Shown piece by piece: positions 1 through 9,319 of a stretch of 62,414 bases of DNA. Every line of letters starts with the position of its first letter. The stretch's first letter is position 1. The DNA comes from an uncultured Treponema sp. (lineage in GTDB: Bacteria; Spirochaetota; Spirochaetia; Treponematales; Treponemataceae). The stretch lies in the NCBI GenBank assembly GCA_937885475.1, contig CAKZZR010000211.1:1-62414 (forward strand), given 5' to 3'. The translations under genes and the position numbers were made by a program. The notes beneath the pieces are model-generated. The model was not told where the DNA came from, ran no database searches, and worked only from the letters and a program-made list of their open reading frames with translations.

Positions 1-723
1 TTTCTTGTATTTTTCGAATTCTTCTGATTTTTCGCCGTTCGTGATTTTGTACCATTTCGCCGAAAAAAGCATATTGACAAAGAGCATGAGAAAATTCCGC
101 GCGCCCTGCAATCGCGATTCAGAAAGGACATCTTCGGACGAGTAATTGTCATTCCGAACTCGACTGCTTGCGTTATCGCAGTCGTCTTGTTTCGTAATCT
201 CGCTCTGAGATGCTGAATCTAAGCAAGGGCGAGAACGATTGCCCTTGAGTTCAGCATGACTTCTTTCATACTTTGCCACTTTCAGCGACTGATGAGAAAG
301 AAGTTTTCCGTCAATTATCGAATACGCATCGCGGATAAGATTATCAGTTCTCTCGTTATGCGGGCAGATGTTCAGAACTTTCTTTGCCGCGTTCCAGTCA
401 TATTCCGTTCTAAGTTCAAGAATACGATTTCTTAAAAGTTCCTCGTCTTGTTTGCCATAGACGATTTTTGCGTTTTGTAAATCAGTTTTCTGGACTTCAA
501 AGAAATTGTCGCTGTCAAGAAAATCCAGAAAAGCGATGACTTTTGTTAGGTCACTTCCCGAAAAATACGACGAGAGAATTTCTTCTTTTGATTTTTTTCC
601 TTCGCACAAATCCCGAAAGATTTTTGATTGCTCATCGGTTGAGGGCATTCCAAGTGATGCTGTTGCCCCCGCGCCGATGAAAACGAGTGTTTCGGAATTT
701 GTGGGAGTGTATTCTGCGAACAT
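1..723 (-). CDS. SIR2-like domain protein, partial (runs off the left edge of the window)
   Basis: Not in the ORF track because its stop is outside the window. Manual translation from the ATG at 723 gives MFAEYTPTNSETLVFIGAGATASLGMPST..., with no stop found in the stretches translated down to base 1. VFIGAGA...G.P is the N-terminal motif of SIR2-like domains. Confidence 0.7.
   Translation of the reverse strand, partial: MFAEYTPTNSETLVFIGAGATASLGMPSTDEQSKIFRDLCEGKKSKEEILSSYFSGSDLTKVIAFLDFLDSDNFFEVQKTDLQNAKIVYGKQDEELLRNRILELRTEYDWNAAKKVLNICPHNERTDNLIRDAYSIIDGKLLSHQSLKVAKYERSHAELKGNRSRPCLDSASQSEITKQDDCDNASSRVRNDNYSSEDVLSESRLQGARNFLMLFVNMLFSAKWYKITNGEKSEEFEKYKK
148..260. repeat. Composite palindromic (REP/RPE-like) element lying in frame inside the SIR2-like gene
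   Basis: Terminal inverted repeat GTCATTCCGAACTC...GAGTTCAGCATGAC (12/14 match), inner pair TTCGTAATCTC/GAGATGCTGAA, and two nested hairpins CGACTGC/GCAGTCG (161-184) and CAAGGGC/GCCCTTG (224-247). Confidence 0.75.
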
Positions 724-726
724 GGG

Positions 727-1125
727 CTAATCCGAAAGAAGCGTGATGGAAGAAACGGAAAGAGGAGATTTATTTTCTGTTTGATTATCAGCATCCTCAG
801 TTTCGCTTTTTTTCTCTGATTTTTTCGCTGTAAGAACTTTATCGACTTCTTCCTTTTTAATTGCCACTCTGATTCTTTTATTCGCAGATATTACTTGAAA
901 TAGTAAATTTTGTTGTTTTTCTTCAATTGAAAAAGTGACAGCACTTGACAAAACATAACTAGAGAAAATTTCTTTTTCCTTTGGCATTTTTTCAGGACAA
1001 AGCACATTGTATTTCTTGTCGCCTCGCTTTATCGAAAAACCTTCTGCTCCACAGATTTTGAAAGTACATTCATTGCCTTCAACTTTGAGTTCCGAAATTG
1101 TTCCTTCGATAATGTAATTTGCCAT
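727..1125 (-). CDS. Hypothetical protein (beta-rich, small)
   Basis: ORF with GGAGGA RBS upstream of the ATG at 1125; ends 3 bp before the SIR2-like start. Confidence 0.7.
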   Translation of the reverse strand: MANYIIEGTISELKVEGNECTFKICGAEGFSIKRGDKKYNVLCPEKMPKEKEIFSSYVLSSAVTFSIEEKQQNLLFQVISANKRIRVAIKKEEVDKVLTAKKSEKKSETEDADNQTENKSPLSVSSITLLSD

Positions 1126-1167
1126 TTTCTTTTCCTCCATAAAATTTTTAATAATGGGATTCTTTAT

Positions 1168-1386
1168 TTAAATACTTGATAAAGCCTCTAGTCTAACCTT
1201 TTCATAGTCTAATTTTATTCTTTGAAGATCTAAATAAGTATGTACCATTTTTGTCAGTTCTGAATTTCTAAGAGCCAAATTATTTAATTTTTCAGAATCT
1301 GAAAGTAGCGTATCATCACAAAGCAGTCTTATTTGATTCATTAATAACTTTTCAGTTTCATTGAGCGTTTTCTCGTTTATAGCCAT
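1168..1386 (-). CDS. Hypothetical helical protein
   Basis: 72-aa ORF with GAGGAGG RBS and operonic spacing. Confidence 0.65.
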   Translation of the reverse strand: MAINEKTLNETEKLLMNQIRLLCDDTLLSDSEKLNNLALRNSELTKMVHTYLDLQRIKLDYEKVRLEALSSI

Positions 1387-1395
1387 ATTTCCTCC

Positions 1396-3039
1396 TCATT
1401 TATTTTTTATTAATGGACATTTTATAGTCATATATTTATCTTCTCTGTTAAAAGTTTTTGGCCAATAAGTTATAAATAAAGTAGGTTCTCCTGATTCTTC
1501 ATTTAATATAGCAACAGCAACACTACTATATGCTTCCTCCATTAAATTTTTTATGGATTGTTGTAGATTTTTAACTGGCTCATAAACATTCGTCTGTCTT
1601 GGAGTAATTATGGAGTAACCTAATTTATTTATCCAATAAGCAAGATATTTGTCTTTTAAGTCTTCAAAACCCAAATAGTTTGTATTATATAACCAATACC
1701 GAACATTTTTTCCATCTACACTTATAACACCTGTTTTTTCACTATATGCTTCAGAAACGTCGAAAAATGTTACATCTCCATAATTAGGTGACCACCCATT
1801 ATTATTCCAATGCCATCCAGAACTCTTTATTGGAGCTTCCTTAAGCAATAATTCATAATCAGCTGTTTTATCTTGAACAAGTTCCCACTTCCAATTCTTA
1901 TTTGTAACAATTGAAATTGAAAAGTCACAAAGGGTGTTTTTATCATCCGCACTTGATAAGTTTGTGGCTTTTTCTTTATAGTAATTTCCAAAATACAGAG
2001 AAATTACATGCTTCACAGGACTTCCCCTAAAAGCAGAAATTTCTGCAGTAAAAGTAGGTTCTTTATTTCTATTATACTCTACATGAGGAATATAAGTTAC
2101 TTTTATTTCATAACCCTGCGATTGTAGAAAATCAAACCATTCATTATATGAAAGGCTTAATGAATATCCCATTTTTTCCCATTTAGGTATAACCTGCCCT
2201 TTTCTAATATACATCGTATTAAAGGTCTTAGGATCATAATTATAACTTTCTTTATAAGTATTATTACGAATAAATTCCACTCCATTTAGTGTATAGATGA
2301 AAGAAAGTTTCTTATTCTTATCTCTTTCACCTCCCAATTTTTTCATTTCTTTTTCAGTTGTCTTTCCTAATTCAACCCCATATAATGGAAAAAGCCAATC
2401 AGAATTATTTAGGTCTGTTTTTTTATCCTGTATCATACTACCACCAGAAAGGGATGATGGCTCTTTTTGTATAACAGTAGAACTTTCTTCCTCATTTTCT
2501 ATATCTGATTTTATGTTGTTCTCTAAATCTTTCGTTGTTTTTTTTGATGTAATGTACTTTACATCTTTATCATTCTTTAATATCACACCTCGCCAGACAG
2601 ATAAAATTGTCTTAGTCTCTACTTGAACAGCTTTTAAGGTAAAATTCCAACCCGATGAAACGTCTTCTATTTTTCCCAGCACAAGACAATCTGCACCAAG
2701 TGAATTTCCTACTGACTGAATCGTTGTATCACTTACTTCACCAGAGTTTTGATAATCTAATTCTTTCTTGATAAGCGAAAGAGCAAACTCATTTCTTTCT
2801 GCAACAGCTGTTTTTTTTAGATTGGTTACAAAGCTGTAATTTAATTCTGTATAAATATAATCACTTAAATTTTCATAATCAGATTGAACATCTACGATTA
2901 CTACGGTATTTATAGAACCATCTATTTTTTTACATATTTCTGTACTGCCTATATTAATTGCTTCTTGTAATGAGAAATTTTTTGAAAAAAGAGGTACAGA
3001 GAGAAAAATTACTAGCAGACAAATTGTAATTCTTTTCAT
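1396..3039 (-). CDS. Secreted protein with N-terminal CsgG/HfaB-like domain
   Basis: Signal peptide; motif VAERNE..LIKKELDYQNSGEVSD...SVGNSLGAD..V.G.I is typical of CsgG/HfaB-like domains. Confidence 0.65.
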   Translation of the reverse strand: MKRITICLLVIFLSVPLFSKNFSLQEAINIGSTEICKKIDGSINTVVIVDVQSDYENLSDYIYTELNYSFVTNLKKTAVAERNEFALSLIKKELDYQNSGEVSDTTIQSVGNSLGADCLVLGKIEDVSSGWNFTLKAVQVETKTILSVWRGVILKNDKDVKYITSKKTTKDLENNIKSDIENEEESSTVIQKEPSSLSGGSMIQDKKTDLNNSDWLFPLYGVELGKTTEKEMKKLGGERDKNKKLSFIYTLNGVEFIRNNTYKESYNYDPKTFNTMYIRKGQVIPKWEKMGYSLSLSYNEWFDFLQSQGYEIKVTYIPHVEYNRNKEPTFTAEISAFRGSPVKHVISLYFGNYYKEKATNLSSADDKNTLCDFSISIVTNKNWKWELVQDKTADYELLLKEAPIKSSGWHWNNNGWSPNYGDVTFFDVSEAYSEKTGVISVDGKNVRYWLYNTNYLGFEDLKDKYLAYWINKLGYSIITPRQTNVYEPVKNLQQSIKNLMEEAYSSVAVAILNEESGEPTLFITYWPKTFNREDKYMTIKCPLIKNK

Positions 3040-3063
3040 AAAACCTTCTCCTGATATTGTCTT

Positions 3064-4050
3064 TTACTTAAGACATGTCTCTACAAATTCTTCTTCCAAA
3101 ACATCCTCTATTTTGGAAAGTGCCATTCGTTGAACCGTGTTTGAATTAAAAGCCGCAACCTTTTCAAGCGATTTTGAAAAAGACGAAATTATTTCTTTTT
3201 TATCAGAAATTTCCACAGAGACTTTAGGATAAATAGCGTAAACCGCTCCGGTAACTTGCTCCGTAATATCTACATTCACATTCATAATATGGTTCTCACC
3301 AGATTTGCAGACTGTGAAATTAGAATCAGATACAAGACTGCTTATTTTTGCATAAATTCGACCGTCTACATCACCTTTTACATTTATCTTTATTTTCACT
3401 GCACGAGAAAGAGATGAAAGATGTTCTTTTAACTTCTGTAATTCTTCCATCAAGTGGGTATATTTTTCACAACGATTTGGATAAATAAAAAGAGCCATGT
3501 AGTACAAATCTTCAAAATCAGATGCGTTTGACAGAATTTTATTTACATTTATTACAGCCTTTAGCCCTTCCTGATTTTTTACCTGCACGATATTTTTTGA
3601 AAGAGACGAATAGTGTATGTTCAACTTTGGTTCTAAAACGCCCCATGCTTCTTCCCTTGAAATATAGGCACAAACAATATAGTTCTTTTCTTGTGAATCA
3701 AAGTAAGCTTCCGTATGCTTTATTCCGAAAAGTTCAATTTGTGATTTTACTATGATTTCTCTTGAAAGTCTTTCTTTAGCTTCTTTTGCATTTGAAAGAA
3801 CTTGAGTAACCCTTGTATATGAGGAGATTTCTTTTGAAAAATATGAGGCAAGATTCCCGTCCGCCACGGATGCAGCCATTTCTTTTGTATTTGCATAGCC
3901 TAAGGCTGTAATATACTTTTCAGGCGGAAAAACTTGATTTACAGAAAAAGAATCTGCCCACAGCGGCTTTTCTGCTTTTGGGGATGAAGCACAGGATATA
4001 GTGACAAAAGCCAGAAGAAAACAGAAAAATGCCAGAGCAGATTTTTTCAT
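3064..4050 (-). CDS. LPP20-like lipoprotein
   Basis: Lipobox VTISC; KPLW...YITALG.A...E.A...A..NLA.YF pattern; likely start MKKSAL at 4050. Confidence 0.65.
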   Translation of the reverse strand: MKKSALAFFCFLLAFVTISCASSPKAEKPLWADSFSVNQVFPPEKYITALGYANTKEMAASVADGNLASYFSKEISSYTRVTQVLSNAKEAKERLSREIIVKSQIELFGIKHTEAYFDSQEKNYIVCAYISREEAWGVLEPKLNIHYSSLSKNIVQVKNQEGLKAVINVNKILSNASDFEDLYYMALFIYPNRCEKYTHLMEELQKLKEHLSSLSRAVKIKINVKGDVDGRIYAKISSLVSDSNFTVCKSGENHIMNVNVDITEQVTGAVYAIYPKVSVEISDKKEIISSFSKSLEKVAAFNSNTVQRMALSKIEDVLEEEFVETCLK

Positions 4051-4051
4051 T

Positions 4052-4759
4052 TTAATATGAATAAGCATCTGTAACAGAACCGTCTGTTACTGTATCAATC
4101 AAATCTTCAGTAACCTTTGCTTTGAGTGCTGCAGCCTCTGTTGCGGTCTCATCAATTCCTTTAAGGGCTTCTTTCAGTTGATTGTTAAAAATCTTTTTAT
4201 CCATTCCCCATACGGCATAATATTCATAAAATGTTTCTATAGTTTCGCCGTCATCATCAACAAGCTTATTTTTTGTCCAATAACTTGCAACTTTTTCAAG
4301 TCCAGTAAGCCTGACATTTGTGAGAGAAACACGGTACATATTCAATGTTTCCTGCAAATCTTCGTTATCACTGCCATTCATTGTCGCTTCAACAGATTTT
4401 CCAGCGACTCTTTCCATTATGCCGGCTACTTCTGTTTCAACTTTTACCAAATCAGCCCACTGCTCAATATAATTCAATTTATTGCCACGGTTAGTTACAA
4501 CAAACACCTTTTTATTCTCAACACCTGGCATTGACTTAGAAAGAACTTTTTCTGAATACTGACCTTCTCCGATAAGTTTTACCCATTCAGGAATTTCAGA
4601 GCCAAATGTTGCACCCTGATAATCTATTAAAACACGCTTTCCTGTATCAACTTTAGAACCTTGTCCTTTTATTCCAGAACCTTTTGTTTTTGTTGAAGCA
4701 CAACCCACAAAAGCAAAAATAGATGTTGCAAGAACCAACAAACCGATTAATTTTTTCAT
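4052..4759 (-). CDS. Lipoprotein of unknown function (spirochaetal type)
   Basis: Lipobox FVGC, GGAGG RBS, IPEWV motif. Confidence 0.75.
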   Translation of the reverse strand: MKKLIGLLVLATSIFAFVGCASTKTKGSGIKGQGSKVDTGKRVLIDYQGATFGSEIPEWVKLIGEGQYSEKVLSKSMPGVENKKVFVVTNRGNKLNYIEQWADLVKVETEVAGIMERVAGKSVEATMNGSDNEDLQETLNMYRVSLTNVRLTGLEKVASYWTKNKLVDDDGETIETFYEYYAVWGMDKKIFNNQLKEALKGIDETATEAAALKAKVTEDLIDTVTDGSVTDAYSY

Positions 4760-4860
4760 AAAATCCTCCTAGTTTGCACTTTATAAGCTACAACTTATAT
4801 CACCCAATTATAAACTATAGCTTATAACTTTTCAATTAAATTACCTTTATTCTATAATTT

Positions 4861-5085
4861 ATGCCGATTAACAGTGCGGTGGCGGAGACCTTGCGGGAGC
4901 TTCGTCAGGAAAAGGGAATTTCTCAGGAAATGCTTGCGGAGGCGATAGACTCTCATCAGGTCTACATCTCAGAAATTGAGAATGGCAAGAAAATTCCATC
5001 TCTCCCTGTCCTGTACAAAACTGCGCATTTTTTCAACCTCTCCCTAAGTGAGTTTACGGCACTCATCGAAGCCAAGATGAACTGA
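4861..5085 (+). CDS. XRE-family HTH regulator
   Basis: LRELRQEKGISQEMLAE...YISEIENGKKIPSL; near-palindromic ATAAGCTACAACTTAT and ATAAACTATAGCTTAT boxes upstream. Confidence 0.9.
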   Translation: MPINSAVAETLRELRQEKGISQEMLAEAIDSHQVYISEIENGKKIPSLPVLYKTAHFFNLSLSEFTALIEAKMN

Positions 5086-5227
5086 TTTTACCACCCGCCG
5101 CATTTTCTGCGGTCAACTTTTGGGGGACTTTTATATATGTAATCCATAAAAATATCTAGTCCAAAAACTGAAAACTTGTATACTTTTTTTTGTCTTACCA
5201 TGCTATAATATCGCTAAGGAAATTCTT

Positions 5228-5443
5228 ATGTGCAAAAAGGCAGAAATGCAGTTCTCGGTTTTTCTCATTCATCAGCTTTCTCAAAGCTGGAACAAACCCC
5301 CGCGCGAGGTTTATCAGATTCTTGATAAAACCCGGATTCTGGATGACTATATCATCAAGCATTACGATGTCCTTCATACCATGGGAGAGCAAAGTCTTGT
5401 AGAAGACATAACGGAATTTGCAAAGGAAAAGCAGGCGGTATGA
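5228..5443 (+). CDS. DUF3791-like protein
   Basis: YIIKHYDVLHTMGEQSLVEDI motif; overlaps the next gene (ATGA). Confidence 0.8.
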   Translation: MCKKAEMQFSVFLIHQLSQSWNKPPREVYQILDKTRILDDYIIKHYDVLHTMGEQSLVEDITEFAKEKQAV

Positions 5444-5937
5444 CGGTTTATCATGGCTCAGCGTATGAGGTAAAAAATCCTGATGTGAAATTCTCAAAAA
5501 ATTATCTGGATTTTGGCAGGGGATTTTATGTCACAACCTTCAAAGAGCAGGCTGAAAAATGGGCGTTACGAAAGGCAGACAGAACAAAAAATGGCATTGC
5601 TACAGTAAATATTTTTGATTTACCAGATGACCTTAGTTCATTTAGAGTACTGGATTTTGGCTCAGAAAATGAAGCATGGCTTGAATTTGTGTGCAACTGC
5701 CGCAAAGGAAGCTATATTTATAAGAATTATGACATCATAATTGGGACTGTTGCCGATGACGATGTATTTAAAACGGTGAATATGTATTTTCGCGGACTTT
5801 GGGATAAGAAAAAGACGCTTGAAGAAATCCGATATTATAAGACAAGCAATCAAATATGCATAACAAATCAAGAGACTGTACAAAAACTACTGACATTCAA
5901 ATATTCATACAGGGTGGAGGCCGGCAAAGATGACTGA
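5440..5937 (+). CDS. DUF3990-like protein (putative ADP-ribosyltransferase-fold toxin)
   Basis: VYHGS...DFGRGFYVTT..QAEKWA...WLEFV..CR...YDIIIG.VADD...NQICI motifs. Confidence 0.85.
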   Translation: MTVYHGSAYEVKNPDVKFSKNYLDFGRGFYVTTFKEQAEKWALRKADRTKNGIATVNIFDLPDDLSSFRVLDFGSENEAWLEFVCNCRKGSYIYKNYDIIIGTVADDDVFKTVNMYFRGLWDKKKTLEEIRYYKTSNQICITNQETVQKLLTFKYSYRVEAGKDD

Positions 5938-6145
5938 CAAGGCGGCCCTCACATCATTTTACAGACAGGAACTCGAGAACAGCATTATTGAATATCTTGC
6001 GGAAAAACTAAAAATTGATTTTCGTGATGCCATGAGAATCTACTATGAATCCCGGCTTTCCAAGCAGATTGAAAACGGAACAAACGGAATAGACAATCTG
6101 GACTACAAGAATCTTGCAGAGGATTTAATTGAGAATGAAATGTAA
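5930..6145 (+). CDS. Small protein completing the DUF3990 module (DUF3791-like)
   Basis: IIEYLAE....DAMRIYYESRL; overlaps the DUF3990 stop. Confidence 0.65.
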   Translation: MTDKAALTSFYRQELENSIIEYLAEKLKIDFRDAMRIYYESRLSKQIENGTNGIDNLDYKNLAEDLIENEM

Positions 6146-6168
6146 TTTATCTCTCTAAGAAACCCTTT

Positions 6169-7230
6169 TCATTCCTTCAAAAATGCCGTGCCGGTTTCTT
6201 TCCAGACCTCGCTGTTTATCTTGTGGATATCAAAATCTAGTCTTGAGATATGGGATTTTACTATCCTGTCTACAGGATTTTTTTCTTCAAAAAAGTAGCC
6301 CGCGCTTGCAAGAAGGCTTTCTGTCTGGACAAGGGTAAGGCGGAGTCCCACTGCAAGCTGGAAAACTGTCTCCTTGTGGGGATGATAATCCTTCCTGCTG
6401 CTCCTGATTTTTGAGAACAGCTGCTTGCTCAAGGCCCCGTTTTTCCAGATAAGGCTTGTGTCTGCAAGGCCGTTCAGGCTGTACGCACTTATGTAGAATT
6501 CCAGAGTCTCCAAAAAAGAGCGTTTTTCTTCTATTATTTTAGGATGAATAGAAATCGCTAGGTCTGCGCCGTTTTCCTTCAAAGCCTTCACCGCTTCCAG
6601 TGAATTCACATAAATTGCATAAATCAGTGCCGAAAATCCGTTCTTGCTCCTTGCGTTTACATCCGCGCCGTGCTTTATAAGAAGCCTTATCATTTCCGCC
6701 TCATTCAAAAAAGCGGCAAGCATAAGAGGCGTGAATCCGTTTGAGTCTGAGCAACCTGCAAAAGCTCCGTTCTCCAGAAGGTAGCGCACAATCTCTGTCT
6801 TACGCTGACTTACGGCAACCATCAAAGGCGACCATTCAGATGCAAGGGAGGGAAGCTTTGTCTGCCCAAGCTCACCAAGAGTCATGATTATTTTATTATA
6901 GAAATTCTTAGAAATCCGGCTTGAGTCAATCAGCTCTGAGAGGTGGACTATATACGGAGTTCCGCCCCCTGCAGAATCAGCCTTAAAATAATTTAAGACA
7001 GCAGCACCGTTACTCACAGTCAGAGACCATTTTGCCTTATGCTCCGCCATCTTTTTCCGCACTTTATAAGAAAGCTCCGGGTTCAGGCGGTAGTCATTGT
7101 ACCAAGGAAGCCGGCACCCAAGCTTTTCAAGCTCATTTTTCAGCGCCTCCGTGCTGCTTGTCATAACATAACTATAAATTTTGCCGTTTATTTCTATCTG
7201 CTCGCAAAATAAATCCGTTGTTCCTTTCAT
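6169..7230 (-). CDS. Ankyrin-repeat protein with C-terminal putative HTH domain
   Basis: Three ankyrin repeats (WSPLMVAV, GFTPLMLAA, GFSALIYAI); C-terminal LSKQLFSKIRS..DYHP.KETV..LAVGL.L...TESLL.SAGY resembles the HTH-like tail of macro-domain proteins. Confidence 0.75.
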   Translation of the reverse strand: MKGTTDLFCEQIEINGKIYSYVMTSSTEALKNELEKLGCRLPWYNDYRLNPELSYKVRKKMAEHKAKWSLTVSNGAAVLNYFKADSAGGGTPYIVHLSELIDSSRISKNFYNKIIMTLGELGQTKLPSLASEWSPLMVAVSQRKTEIVRYLLENGAFAGCSDSNGFTPLMLAAFLNEAEMIRLLIKHGADVNARSKNGFSALIYAIYVNSLEAVKALKENGADLAISIHPKIIEEKRSFLETLEFYISAYSLNGLADTSLIWKNGALSKQLFSKIRSSRKDYHPHKETVFQLAVGLRLTLVQTESLLASAGYFFEEKNPVDRIVKSHISRLDFDIHKINSEVWKETGTAFLKE

Positions 7231-7976
7231 ATTTTTTATTATATCACGGAGTTTCTGACCGGCGGTAAACTTTCAGGCGACTTTACTGGAGCGGGCTGTG
7301 GAACATGGACTCCGACCCTCGCTTTGCAAGCACAGCTCAACACCAATGTTTTCCGTGGTGTGCGGTGTTGAGTTGCGGTCTGTCTAAAGGCGACTAGTGA
7401 CGCGCTATTCTTGTATTACATCAAGATTTGGATATTCGCTAAAGTCGATTACGGCATTTGGGTCTATTGCAACTGTGGCGTTTTTTACGATGTGGACGCG
7501 GGCTTTTGGGTGAGCCTTGGCGGTCATCTTGGCACATTCGCTTAATTTTCTTCACGACTTTCGTGCAATGCAGAAAGAATGTCTGACTGGCGTAAATCAA
7601 AGAGAGTTTTTATGCCGGCAAATGGTGATATTCCACTTGTCCTGCCGCAATCGACTTCATTTTTTCATCCATAAGTAAAAAGATACCTGTACTTTTTTGA
7701 AACGCAAAATCCATATCCTGTAGAAGAATCCTTTTTACCATTTCTCCAAGGTTTAAATTTTACATCAGATAAAGTCATATATTTTTTCTCCTAAATTTAA
7801 TATTTCACGATATACCAATCATAACCGCTTTTTGTTGTGACAAGGTTAGAACCATATCCCGCCCCATATAGGACATATGTCATACTCAAGCCTCCCGGTC
7901 AAATATTTTCGAGCAATATCGAATTTTGAATTTGGGAGATACCGCCTAAACTAAGGTCTTTTTGAAAATTTTGAAT

Positions 7977-8297
7977 TTATACCTCGTTTTTCAAAATATT
8001 TTCATAATCGCGGGTTGCATGTAAAAATCTGATTATATTTACCTCTCGTTTGTCCTTGTCTGCAACATAATATACCTTGTAGTTTTTGATTAAGAGAAAG
8101 CGGAATCCATAATCTGCAAGAAAAGCATCTGAAACAGGAGTTCCGCTCAATGGAAACTGAGACAACAAAGAGATTTCTTTTTCTATCTCATCCGCAAGTT
8201 CCGCCGCTGCCTTATGATTACATAGAGTATAGTTGATATATGCAAGATTATTCTTTATGTCTTGCTTTGCTATGTCTGCAATAACAATTTCAAACAT
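7977..8297 (-). CDS. RelE/ParE-family toxin
   Basis: Size; L..FP.SG, RFLLIKNY.VYY, V.IIRFLH.TRDY motifs. Confidence 0.9.
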   Translation of the reverse strand: MFEIVIADIAKQDIKNNLAYINYTLCNHKAAAELADEIEKEISLLSQFPLSGTPVSDAFLADYGFRFLLIKNYKVYYVADKDKREVNIIRFLHATRDYENILKNEV

Positions 8298-8560
8298 TAT
8301 ATTTTCAATTCATTCCTTATATCTGCCATTGCAGAGTCAAAAGGTTGAGAATGCCCATCTTGAATATCTTTTAAACCTTCTGCGAGTTTTGAATAAAGAT
8401 TAAGTTTTTCAAGCATTTGGTCATATTGTGAAATACTCATTACCGCCAAATCCCCCTGACCATTTTTTGTAATAAAAACCGGTTGATTTGTTGTATGGCA
8501 ATATGAAGAAATTTCTGAATATTTATTTCGTAAATCGGCACTTGCCCTGATTGCTGGCAT
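8297..8560 (-). CDS. Phd/YefM-family antitoxin
   Basis: IRASADLRNKYSEIS...PVFITKNGQGDLAVMS. Confidence 0.9.
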   Translation of the reverse strand: MPAIRASADLRNKYSEISSYCHTTNQPVFITKNGQGDLAVMSISQYDQMLEKLNLYSKLAEGLKDIQDGHSQPFDSAMADIRNELKI

Positions 8561-8636
8561 ATCAAAACTCCTGTAAATTTTATATCAATATTATATCATA
8601 ATTTTTATATGTAACAAGAACTCTCAAGTTTTTTGC

Positions 8637-9200
8637 CTATATTCTCCTCTCATATTCCTTCCGCAAAACCGAATAAACTGCTAGGTCTACGATTCCTTGG
8701 TTGTTTCGGCCGCCCTGGCGTTTTATGCCTTCATAGGTCATGCCGATTTTTTGCATTACGCGGCCGGATTTTGGGTTTGCAATGTCGTGTTCGGCGTCAA
8801 TCCTGTTAAAATTGCATTCCTCAAAAAGGTATTTTAAAACGGCTCGTGCCGCCTCTGGCATAATGGCTTTTCCCCACCAAGCGCGTCCCATGCACCAGCC
8901 CAAAGAGGCGTAGTCGGCTTCTTCGTAAAGGTCTACGACAGAAATGTTTCCGATGACCTTTTTTTCTTCCTTTAGCTCAATGGCCCAGTTGTAAAAATTT
9001 GGATTCTCATATTTGGAAATCCAGTCCTGCAAGACCAGCTTTGTTATGGAAGAATCAGAATGGGTCGGCCATGTAAGATATTTTGTAACCTCATCGTCAT
9101 TCGCCCAATTTTCAAAAACATCGCTGGCGTCATCCAATGTAAAGCGGCGCAAAACAACGCGTTCTGTCCGTAATTCTGTAGTACCTTTGTGTGTAAGCAT
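8637..9200 (-). CDS. GNAT acetyltransferase (RimJ/RimL type)
   Basis: TERVVLRRF, WGKAIMPEA, NPKSGRVMQKIGM.YEG motifs. Confidence 0.9.
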   Translation of the reverse strand: MLTHKGTTELRTERVVLRRFTLDDASDVFENWANDDEVTKYLTWPTHSDSSITKLVLQDWISKYENPNFYNWAIELKEEKKVIGNISVVDLYEEADYASLGWCMGRAWWGKAIMPEAARAVLKYLFEECNFNRIDAEHDIANPKSGRVMQKIGMTYEGIKRQGGRNNQGIVDLAVYSVLRKEYERRI

Positions 9201-9241
9201 TTTTAACCCTTTAAGTTGGTTTTAGAATAACATATAGGCAT

Positions 9242-9278
9242 AAAAAAAGCGACCGTCCCTGCAGGAAAGCCGCCTTTT
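9242..9278 (-). terminator. Intrinsic terminator after the RelE/ParE toxin
   Basis: Minus-strand GCGGCTTTCC-TGCA-GGGACGGTCGC stem followed by T7. Confidence 0.55.
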
Positions 9279-9319
9279 GGTTATAAGGTCATTGCTACGC
9301 AGAACAAATGTCCATAAAT

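Noticed and set aside
7390..7950. Intact genes in the gap after the ankyrin gene
   Set aside because: Only short broken minus-strand frames; these look like gene debris of unassignable origin.
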